NCBI RefSeq assembly: GCF_009914755.1
Contig: NC_060937.1
Length of the DNA: 64,000 nucleotides
Source: the human T2T-CHM13v2.0 reference genome, Homo sapiens
Reading direction: 5' to 3' (one strand)
Part shown: positions 22,458 through 34,291 of the stretch, piece after piece
Position numbering within the stretch: the first letter of the stretch is position 1
Layout: every line of letters begins with the position of its first letter
The notes under the pieces: generated by a model
What the model was told of the DNA's origin: nothing
The model's input: the letters and a program-made list of their open reading frames with translations, nothing else
The model's database searches: none
Program-made: the position numbers and the translations under genes

Positions 22458-25054
22458 CAATTGAGCCTTGAATGTGGGGGTTAGGGTCACTGACCCCCTG
22501 CCCAGTCGAAAATCTGTGTATAACTTTTGACTTCTCCAAAACAACTACTAATAGCCTACTGTTGACTGGAAATATTACCTACAACATAAACAGCTGAATA
22601 ACAAATATTTTGTGTGTTGTGTATATTATATGCTGTATTTTGTAATAAAGTAAGCTAGAGAAAAAATGTTACTAAGAAAATCACAAGAGAAAATATACTT
22701 ACTATTGGTCAAGTGGAAGTGTATCATTTTAATAAAGATCTTGATCCTTGTTATCTTCACACTGAGTAGACTGAGGAGGAAGAGGAAAAAGGGGAGTTGC
22801 TCTTGTCTTGGGGTGGCAGAGACAGAAGAAGTGGAGGAGGTGGAAGGGGAGGCGGAAGAGGCAGACACACTCAGTGTAACTTTACAGAAATACACGGTAA
22901 TATCTGCCTGAATTTTTGCTTATTTCTCTAAAAATGCTTGTGTATATTATAGTAGCAATCTTTCTTCCACTGTTTGCTTTAGTTTCAGTGCTTTTATCAT
23001 AGAAGGGTCCGTGTAGTAAAAAAAAAAAAAAAAAAAAAAACAAACTGTCAAAAGCAGTCCTGAATAGTTGGAACCCTTTTGACAGACTGTCTAATATCAA
23101 TTAGTTTTCTGGCACTGCTTCTTCTACCTCTTATTCTCTTCTTCCTCATCATCTGGCCCTGATTTGGAAGCATTCATCTGCATCAAGTCATCACCTGTTA
23201 AATCCTCTGTTTTCATTTCCATTAACTTTTGATTTTCTCCAAAATCCTTATCTTGAAAGTCTTGACCACCTGCGTCTTTTTCACTATATCCACAATCTCT
23301 TTTATGATTTTCTTGATTGGTTCTGTTGGAAATCCTGGGAAGGGGTGCACAACATCTGTACACAGTTTTCTTCTTCAGGGATTTATTGTCTCATGCTTCA
23401 TGGCTTTCACTGCTTTTTCTGGAACAATGTTGGCACCTTAAATGTTGTAATCCTTCTAGACTTGCATGGTGTTCTCTGTATCAGGGTTCTCTTCTACAGT
23501 TTTGACAGTCATTGCTACAAAGAATTAAGTGTAATGAGTCTTACAGGTTTTTAAGATTCCCTGATTTAGAGGATGAATTAAGGATGTGTGTTTAAGGGCA
23601 AGTAGACTATTTTGAAGCCTTCTGTGTTGAACTCATGGGGTTCTGAACGGCCAAGGCTTTGTCCAATATCAAAAGAACTTTAAAAGTAGTCAGTCCCTTA
23701 CTGAAAAAGTAATTCCTCACTTCAGGGACAAAGCGTCACTGAAAACAATTCAGAAAAAGTTTCTTATTGCCCAGGTCTTCATATTGTACAATAAAAAGGC
23801 TAGCAGCTGATGTTTATCTTTTTCCTTCATGGCTCTAGAGTTAGCAGTTTTGTAGATAAGGGCAGTCCTGATTATAAGCCCAACTGCATTTGCACAAAAC
23901 AATAGAGCTCATCTACTAAATGTCTTAAATTCTTGTGCTCACTTCTCTTCTTTCTTAATAAATGTCCTTTGTGGCATTTTTTTTTTTCCAGAATAGGGCA
24001 CTTTTGTCTAAATTAAAAACCTATTCAGCAGATATTTCTTCTCCTCAATTATCTTGGGCTTCTGGGAATTCTTCTCCTGCCTCTTCGTCAGTAAAAGCTG
24101 CTTTTCCTGCTAATCTTGACATTTTTAAAGCCAAACCTTTTTAAAAATTGTCAAACCATCCTTTACTGGTGTTAAATTATCCAGCTTAATATGCTTTACC
24201 TTCCTTTTGCTTTAAGATGTCATATAATGATGTTGCTTTTTAAAAAATTCATTTCAGATTCTGTTAGTACGCCTTTCTTATAGCAATCCTGTACTCACAT
24301 AAAAGCTGCAATTTTAATATGAAATAAAAAGGTATTTTGCAAAAACTGCAAGGTTTGTGTGCTGGTTGGCACAGCTACAGTGATGGCTTTACATTTTTTT
24401 TCTTTCTATAGTGCCTACACTGGGTTCGTTTATCTTGACATGGCCGTCAACTGCAGCTGCAGACCTCAACCTATGGTACGTACCAAGTAATTTAACTTTT
24501 TCTTGCAATGCAATGACTTTTATTGGCTTATTGGGAAAACCTCCAGCATCACTAGTGACATTTTATGAGGGTCCCATAATGTTATTTAAGATTTAACTTA
24601 TTGCACTAAATATGATTTATAACATGGCGAGAACTCTGTGAGATCACTTTTTACTGTGATACACAAATTCACTGGAGAAAAAAGAGATAGCATCACACAG
24701 CATTTTAAGTGAATATTTGAAACTTTTGAGCTCATTGCAATAGCAACAAGAGGTGGCTACATAATTATTACAGTATTACAGTCTGTACTACAGTTAATTT
24801 TAAGTAGTAATGACTTACTACTTATGTTTGTTTACATTTCTACTGTAAGCAGCGTATGTACAGTATGTGTGTTTTGATAAATATTAACTTTTTATTATAG
24901 ATTTGGTTATTTTTATGGTAGTACTAATAAAATAGATTTATGGTAGTACCTAATAAAATAGATACTACCTAATAAAATATATATATATATATATTTTTTA
25001 ATTACATATAAGTGGACCCACCCCGTTTGAATCAATTTTGTTCAAGGATCAAAG
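22458..25054 (-). mobile_element. Near full-length Tigger2 DNA transposon with decayed transposase
   Basis: TIR-like ends CAATTGAGCCTTGAA (22458) and TTGTTCAAGGATCAA (~25040-25052). Putative transposase ATG at 24577 (-). Remnant peptide GGQDFQDKDFGENQKLMEMKTEDLTGDDLMQMNASKSGPDDEEE in ORF 23124-23363. Confidence 0.88.
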
Positions 25055-25060
25055 TATGTA

Positions 25061-25288
25061 TAGTCATGTGCCACACAATGACGTTTTGGATAATGATGGA
25101 GTAATATAATATTGTATTTTTCCTGTAATTATTTTATGATTAGATACACAAGTATTTACTATTATATTTGTCTACATTATTGACTATAGTAACATGCTCT
25201 ACAGCTTTGTAGCTTAGGAGCAATAGGTTGCCCCATATAGCCTAGGTGTGTAGTAGGTTACAACATTTAGGTTTGTAAATATCACTCA
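25061..25288 (+). mobile_element. Tigger3a/MER7A-like fragment
   Basis: TAGTCATGTGCCACACAATGACGTTTTGG...TAGGAGCAATAGG...TATAGCCTAGGTGTGTAGTAGG. Confidence 0.8.
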
Positions 25289-25459
25289 ATTGAATAAAAA
25301 TATAACATTATACTAAAGTCATTCATTTAGTCTTCAGCTAGGTGAATGTAATATGGAAAGTGCACAGGAAAACATATCCAAAATAAATTACACAACTTCA
25401 CTAATAAATAATTCTAAAAATTTGCGTGGTATGTACAATAGCTTTAAAATTTTTATCTT

Positions 25460-25916
<457 letters not shown>

Positions 25917-26336
25917 TTAATAGACAACATAAAAATATCACTGAGATAATCAAGGACTCAGAGAGTTTTCCTGTTGTTCATCACTTGTGTAAAGAATATG
26001 TACAACTTTCTAAAGATTATTTGAAAGAAACAGAGAAATAATATAGGCTCCTCAGCTGGAATATACAGTAAACATCTGTGCAACAACAGATTTGTATTAC
26101 AAGAGGAATTCACAGGGTTATCAATACATTTTCTCACCAAAAATATTTTTTTGAAAATGAATGATTAGGAGGACAAAAATTATATTGTTTTGGGAAAGTA
26201 GGCATATATTTTCTCTGTTAGAGAAAAACACAGGTGTTGAAAATTTTGCAGACTTTGTGTTTGCACGTGTAGCATGTGTTTGCATGCTAAACAAAATTCA
26301 TCTTATAAAAGCTCATTTCAAATACAAAAGCAAATT

Positions 26337-27085
26337 AAATGCAAATCAAAGCCACAGTGAGATACTGTCTCACACCAGTCAGAATGGTGATTATTAAAAA
26401 GTCAAGAAACAATAGATGCTGACGAGGCTGTGGGGAAATAGAAACGCTTTTACACTGTTGGTGGTAATGTAAATTGGAAGACAATGTGGAGATTCCTCAA
26501 GGATCTAGAATCAGAAATACCATTTGACCCAGCAATTGCATTACTGGGTATATACCTAAAGGAATATAAATCATTCTACTACAAAGACACATGGACACAT
26601 ATGTTTATTGCAGCACTATTTACAATAGCAAAGACACGGAACCAACCCAAATTCTCATCAACAGTGGACTGGATAAAGAAAATGTAGTACCTGTACACCA
26701 TGGAATACTATGCAACCATAAAAAGAAATGAGATTATGTCCTTTGCAGGGGCATGGATGAAGTTGGAAGCCATCATCCTCAGCAAACTGACACAGGAATA
26801 GAACACCAAACGCCGCATATTCTCACTCATAATTGCGAGTTGAACAATGAGAACACATGGACATGATGGGGAGAAACACACACCAGGGCCAGTCAGGGGA
26901 TAAGGGCTGAGGGGGGAGAGAGCATTAGGACAAATAGCTAATGAATGTGGGGCTTAAAACCTGTATGGTGGGTTGATAGGTGCAGCAATCCACTATGGCA
27001 CATGTATACCTGTTTAACAAGCCTACACGTCCTGCACTTGTATCCCAGAACTTAAAGTAAAATAAATAAATATTTTTTAAAAAAA
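26337..27085 (+). mobile_element. 5'-truncated L1PA (L1PA10-like) 3' end
   Basis: ORF2 C-terminal peptide at 26484-26687; GGGGCTTAAAACC...AGAACTTAAAGTAAAATAAA; imperfect TSD AAAAG(C/T)AAA(T/C)TAA. Confidence 0.92.
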
Positions 27086-28719
27086 GTAAACTAATACAAA
27101 ATATTTAAATAACTGTTATGATTTACAAAAAGAAAACTGAGTTGACATTGCTTTCTAGAACAATTTCCTTAGAGGAACAGAGATCTAAGGTGCATATGAC
27201 TGATTTTCTTTTCTGTGGGTCTAACATATAAGTGATTAATACAGCTTATTTAGTGTATTTTAATTGACCTATCAGATAAAGAAAACATGCACTCATACAC
27301 ACATAGTACATGAATTAATCAAGCTATAAGTCAAAAGCATATGCTCTGTATTCAAGAGCTTGAAGGCTTGAAATCTAAATTTATACTTTATAGGCTAAGC
27401 AACCTAAATCTGCAAGTTTCTACTTTATGATTAAATGATACTACAGACAAAAATAGTGACATAAAACTTATATCACGATTGTTATTAAGATTATTTACCT
27501 TCTCAATCAACCTACAGAAAAAAAATTGAAGAGAAATGCACTTAATGAACAGATTCTAAAAATTAAAAACCTTGGCAATGTTAAAGTAGCCATAGAGTTA
27601 TATAAGTTGAAAGACAAAAGGAGAGCCAAAGGTGGTTGATGCAATATAAAGGATTTTGTTTTCTTATTTCACATAAATGATAAATGATTGCTTTCAAAGT
27701 GGATAGTAAAAAATTTAGTTTTAAGGTTAGTGTTTTAAAATTGAAAGTTCACAAATAGAAGGGGCAGTTGACCAAAGCAGGTGATCGAGAATATATTCAA
27801 GTCCATCTTTGGTACCAAAGCAAAAACTCTGGGTTAATTAAGGTGTGATTGATTAGAAGACTATTGACTAAGTACACTTGGACAAGTACACTTGGATGAA
27901 TCCTTTGAAAGAGAACAATGCTCACGATATTTTAAAATATGGTCAATTCAATAGGCTTACTAAAATTTTCCGTATTATCAGGCTAAATCTAACAAAAATT
28001 GGTAACTGAGAGAAATAAACAGGACGTTGCAGAGGGCTTGACTATAAGATAATTGCAGAATTAAAAAAAGGGATTTGTATTTCAATCAGTTTATGGAATT
28101 TGGGATTCAAAAATAAAACCCGAGTTTCAACCTTGTATGAGTTGAATAAGAGAATTTACCTCTATAAAACTATAGATACATTAAGGGTGAACATAAAATA
28201 ATATGATGTAAAATAACCTCACCCATATTCTTGGAAATTTAAGGGAAATCACTCACCTTAGCCTTGATCAGAAATTAGAAGGGAAAAGAGCAAAACCTCA
28301 TTTCTGAAAAATTTTAATCATAGACCACTCTTTACATAGATGTATAGCGGTCCAAAATTATTAAACAAAAAATGAGGAGAAATTGATTCTTGGGAAAGGC
28401 ATTAGTTAATCATTATATGTAATGATGAGTTTTTTGTGGAGGCCATTACATCTTGTCAAACTCAAATTAATATCACAAATAAGTTTCCAATTAAATTTAA
28501 CAACTCAGGATAAGAATTTATTAAGCACACGAGAAAATAAGCTGTCATAAGTAAAAAACCAGCAGAATGAGTGCTGCTGGGTTTCATTTTATATTCTCAA
28601 AGGCCAATTATTTACTTTAGTTATTGGTCTTTGAAAATACAAAATGAAAAATAAGTGTAATTACTATTTTCAAAAATAAAAAATACATGTTTTTAAACAC
28701 AGAATAAAGAGAATATATA

Positions 28720-30470
28720 TTGACTCACTAGTCAGACTTGAGAAATGAGCTATTAGAACTTTCAGAAATAAAATATTCAATAATTGAAATGGGAAATCAA
28801 TACACAGGCTTCATGGCAGTTTAACTATAGCTGATGAGAGAATTAATAAACTGGGAGATATATTTGAAGAAATGTTTACAAATGGAACACTGATATCAAA
28901 GAAATGGAAAATATGAAGCAGAAGCTAAAGATATGGAGGGATAATGTGTAATGTATGTAATATAAACCTAACTGGAGTTCTCAAAAGGAAGAATATAACA
29001 AACGGACACAGTCCTAATTGTCAAATTAACATTGGAAACATTTTCAGAAATGGTGAGACAACAATCAAAACATTCAAATTATACAATAACAAAACATTCA
29101 GGTTATACAACAAAAAATTAAGATATGCAAAAAGAAATCCAAGAGTTGATTTTAATATCTATGTTTATTAACATTAAGTTAATGTTAAGTATTTTAATAT
29201 TTATATTTATTTTATATACCTATAGGTGTTATATTTAATATCTTTGTTCATATTATATTTAAGCTGTATTTTATCTTATATATTTACTTTGTAATGCTGT
29301 ATTTGTTTTTCATATTTGGCTCATTTGTTTATAACTTACCTATTATTTATGTTTTATTTACAATATATTGTATATATGCCATAATTTATAATAATGTAGT
29401 AATTATTTTATAATTATATGCATATATTGTGTTATATTACCTATCTGAATTTTTAATTATATAATATATTATATACTAATTTCATGTAAATTTACCATCT
29501 ATATTTAATATCTATATTTATAATGTATATATTTAATATCTATGTTTCTTTACATTATTTGAATGCGAACATAAACATTTGGTATTTGGAATACAACAGA
29601 TAATTTTTGACTTTTAGCAGAAAATCATGCTGATTCCTCATGTTTAGTATTCACCTTCAGGGGTGAATATGAGAGCCAGGTGAGATGTCACCTTGTAGAC
29701 ACTGGAGTTTGTAAGATAGTCCAGGAGTCAACAAAATCTGAATCTGGGTGTTAACGTAAGAGAGAGAGAGAGACCTGTGCACCCCAACCCCAACCCTCTT
29801 GATAAATGGAGAGAAACGTTTTGATTTCTCTTAAAACAAATTCCCCTTCAGAATAGAAAGGGAAAACATTTAGGGACCTTAGCATTTGCAATGTAAATAC
29901 ACATCTCCTAGCAGAAGATAAGACCAGTGTCTCTAGCCTTACAATCTACAGACATCTTTGTGGTCCCAATTTCCAATCACCCTTGAAATGTGAATACACA
30001 TATTGAGGGAAATAAATGTCTCTGGAATTCTGATTATCTTTTCTGTCATTTTTATTTTCTGCAAGATCTTCTCAGAAAGTCCTGACTACACAGAAATGTA
30101 GAAACATTCAGAAATAGTTTTATAAGGCAAAAAGCAAAATTAAGAAAATAAATAAATAGGTAAAGAGAAAGAGAGGAAGGGAGGAATATATTCAGAGTCA
30201 GAATATAAAATGTTGTTGGACTTCTCAACAACAGACACCAGGAATGATCAACACCATGTACTCAAAATGCAGAGAAAATATACTTTTCAACCAGAAATAT
30301 TAGTTTTCAAAAATAAAATTGAGTAGGACCAAAGAAGTTAAAGTATAGCATTTTCCACTGGAAACAATTATTAAAAATAAATCTAAAGGATGTTTTTAAG
30401 GCAGAAAGAAAATAATTCTGGATGTAAATTTTGATATGTATGAAATAATGAAGAGAAAAATAAAAAAGAT
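28720..30470 (+). mobile_element. L1ME-type ORF1 fragments, split by an AT-rich tract at 29150-29560
   Basis: AGCTGATGAGAGAATTAATAAACTGGGAGATA, ACTGGAGTTCTCAAAAGG and GACTTCTCAACAACA...TTTCAACCAGAAAT. Confidence 0.5.
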
Positions 30471-30679
30471 AAATAGACATACTATTGAGAGGAGTTAAAT
30501 TGATATATATATATATATATATATAAACATATAAGCTTTATCCTTCAAGAAGTATGAGTTAAAAAGCGACTGAGTTCTATATAAAGTTTTCACAAAACTT
30601 TATAGTGTTAAAGTTTTACACTATCAGCTCTCAGAAAGCAGCACTGACAGGAAAAGGAAATCTATGTCTGCAATGTATG

Positions 30680-33600
30680 TATTGATTCCAGTCAAGATAA
30701 TTCACTCTTCCTTGTGAATTCACTGCTTCCTTGTGCTGGAAAGCATTTGACACAATCAACTCGCCAGCAACACTAGATTCTCTCTTCAAGAGTTTTTTCC
30801 ATGGTTGGCAAGTTGGACTTTGGCAGTCCCAGTGGATAGATCCACCTTGGTGAAAAAAAATCTATGCTATTGTAACCACTCATAGCTTCAAATCTCTGTC
30901 ATCAGCTACTTAATTCATCTAGGGTAATGAATATAAGATGACTGAAACTGACTGATATAAACTGGCTGAGTCATTCATTCTACTTTGTTGTTTAGTACCT
31001 CTTCCGTGGTAGGTAATCCATGATGTAAGTTCACATGAAATACAAAGTTCTCTCACTTTGCACCCACTCTGTTAAGTCCACTCACAAACTTTTTTTTTCT
31101 TACACGCCCCCTTATGCCTTAGCTTTTCATCTTTGTCTTTACTAGCTTCTTTTTTTTTTTTTTTTTTTTTTTTGAGACGGAGTCTTACTCTGTCACCCGG
31201 GCTGGAGTGCAGTGGTGCCATCTTGGCTCACTGCAAGCTCCGTCTCCCGGGTTCATGCCATTCTCCTGCCTCTGCCTCCTGAGTAGCTGGGACTACAGGT
31301 GCCCGCCACCATGCCCAGCTCATTTTTTGTATTTTTAGTAGAGACGGGGTTTCACCGTGTTAGCCAGGAAGGTCTCGATCTCCTGACCTCGTGATCCGCC
31401 CGCCTTGGCCTCCCAAAGTGCTGGGAATACAGGCGTGAGCCACCGCGTCTGGCTGTCCTTGATAGCTTCTAACCAACCATCCAAGCTATTTGTGGCTACC
31501 CTTGACTCTATGTGTATTCTAACCATAAGCCAGCTCTTTTTCTACTTGGAATGAATGAATACAGGTACACTCAAAGCTCTGGCCACTGGGGTAATTTTGC
31601 CTAACTCCTTTGTTTTGTATTATTACAGCCTCACTATACCTCTGAGCAAGTCTATAGTGCAATACAATTGCAAATTCAGCACAAACTGTGCTGACTCATC
31701 AGAGAATCCCACCCCTCCTCTTTCAGCTCATTATAAGAAAATACCACATGCTAGTAGATGTGAGCAGTAGAGGGACATCATTGTAACAATTTCGGGATGG
31801 CATGTTGTTGGGCACCAGTTCATACAGCTTATTTGTGCCCTCTGGACCTGCTTGTGCCTAATACTGAATTTTCCACATTAATATTACAGTGGATTTCTGT
31901 TACACCAGCACAACATTATGGCATTGCTTCGTGATTGGCAGTGCTAGCTATATGATCACTTGTGGTTTCATGATTCAGTATCTACCAAGGCCCAGTAACT
32001 CTCTGGAAGCTCCTTTTCCAACAACATTATTCCAGACCCAAGAAATGTGAATAACCCCTTGGGATTTTCCATAAGTACCACCATAATGTCTGGTCCCACC
32101 ACAGATAGCCTGGTACCAAAGAGCCAACTGCATTACATGGTCCAAGTGTATGACTGCTTGCATGGCTGTTTGGATGTGTTGCAGTGGCCTTTACTGTTTA
32201 CGAGCTTTTCATAGGATTTATCTTCCACTTTCTTTACCATGGGTCCTAATAAAACCTTCAATGTAATTTTACTTTTTGCACATACGTTCTTATTTATATG
32301 ATGCTGTCAATATAATGGGCCAAGGATATCAAAGTAGACATTGTCTCTTCAGAATGTTCTAATACAGGGCAGGAGAATCACCACAGTTCTTGAATAAGGA
32401 CAAAATGGTATTCTAATTTTAAAATTGTATTTGAATTCAGAATTGTATTGTAGCTCTGTGTAAATGTGAGTTACTTTTGAGGCTCCTTTTTGACATGGAT
32501 ATAAAAGACCTTCCTGGTGTGAAAGAACATACATGCCAAATCAACAGCCATATATTATGTGCACAAAATTGTGTTACTCTCTTTTGAGAGAAAAAAAAAA
32601 TCCTGTCGAGAACTGAAATTGAGGCTATTACTTGGTTGAGTGTATAACAGTCAAATACTATCTGCCATGTCTATTTTCTCAAAGGTCAAAAATAATGAAT
32701 TAATGTGTAATATCATAGGAACCATCACCTCAGCATGCTCTAAATCTTAAGGTGACACTGAACTAGGCCATTCCCCTGAGATCTGATATTATTTTAGATT
32801 GAGCATCTTTTCTGGGTTTCAGGGGGTGGCTATGTTAGAGATTTTTAGTTTAAATTTTCTCTTAATAATCAAATAGGACAATTCTAATTATATGTCCCAA
32901 GAATTAATCTATTGTAGAGTGGACCCACCATGAGAAGAATCTGGTTCTGCTATTCCCTTATGACAGAGCCCCTATTTGTCCTCAATCAACTGAAGAGGAG
33001 AATATAATGGGATAATTCTGTGGCTCCCTGGGAATAAACATAGGGTGAACGATGTTTTCAATAGCCCTTTAAATGTGTGAAAATGTCCTTTACCATTGTT
33101 TTAATAAATGGCTGTGGATGTCTTTGAGAAAGAACTTGGGAAATAATTGCCAGATATTACCATGGTTGCTCCCGAGTCTTTCGTCATAGGAATCGGGTTT
33201 TTCCTTTACTCAACAAGCTGTGGGTCTGAAAACTGGCTAAGGTCAAGAAATCAGGCTAAGAAGCATTGCATTTCATCAGGGTGTCTGTTCTCAGATTCCT
33301 GACAATCCATCCTTGATTTCTGTTGGCTGCTTAACTTGAGAAATACAATTGCTGGCTGTCGATTTTGCTTGTCCCTAAATATTACATATTCCAATAACCA
33401 TCTTCAAAGCTCTTTGTTGAACAACCTTGTTCTCTTTGTGGAACAGGCTGCCACTCTGACTTTGTTGCTCACTTCTATTTTTGAACTTATTTTGCTTTTT
33501 ATGGTTAAACCTTATCTCTTAACCTCCATGAATTTGAGATTATATCATCACCAAGTGCTCGAATATACCCCAGTTATAAAACTATCTCTTCCTTAGCCCT

Positions 33601-34290
33601 AGTCTACAGATGACAATTATCTTTGAACTTCTCAACAATGCTAATGCCCACGCCCCACCAGCGTGTTCTTTTTCAGTTAGTTAAAAACGTGTTCTCCAGG
33701 TTCTCCTCCTGAATGTATTGCTGATGCATGTTCTGGCCGGATATGATACATTCAATGTAGGATGTCTACTTCTCTAAGCCTGTTGTTTACCCCCTTTATC
33801 GTCTGCCGTGACTGGTCACAAATGCCATGTCAGGCATTTCTATTTTTCTTAGTGGGGGCCATTGCTTTTCCATGTTTCCAAGATCCAAATAATAATAGCA
33901 CATTAATTCTTATCTGGAGTTTACTTTACGTATCTTGGGCCAGTGACCACCTTTTGAAAAGTACTCCATTTTAAGATTATATCCCATTTCATGTGATCTC
34001 TTTGGATTCTTATGATACTGATACTCTCTTGTTCCCTGTACACAAGGTTCTGCAGCACCATTTAATAGAGTTCCTTTCCTTCTGTGCAAACCCAGGATAA
34101 CTCTGACATGCTACATTGTGACTTGACCTTGGTTATTGTTCTGGCAGCAGTGGAAGAGGTGTTATGGAGGATCCTGAGAGCCTGTATTGGACTTCAAGGT
34201 GAAGGCATTGTCCAATTGGGAATATAAGAAGCATTTCTACAGCCAAGAGGGTATAGGAGGAACACGGTTTCTATACCAAGACTCAGGTCC
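30680..34290 (-). mobile_element. ERVL-class internal region (ERV3-16A3-int-like), decayed gag-pol
   Basis: Minus strand at ~32298-32328 reads ILAHYIDSII (ERVL RT LVHYIDDI motif). Integrase LTGINTY near 30680-30695. RNaseH-like ATNSLDGW near 31475-31500. Confidence 0.75.
31151..31453 (-). mobile_element. AluY, full length
   Basis: Long T run; GCAAGCTCCG, CCGTGTTAGCCAGGA, CTCGATCTCCTGACCTCGTGATCCG; TSD TGTC(TTTAC/CTTGA)TAGCTTCT at 31134-31150 and 31454-31470. Confidence 0.96.
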
Positions 34291-34291
34291 C

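Noticed and set aside
27870-27897. Small tandem duplications (AAGTACACTTGGA x2; also ~12602-12620, ~29068-29110, ~52064-52087)
   Set aside because: Ordinary slippage duplications with no further structure.
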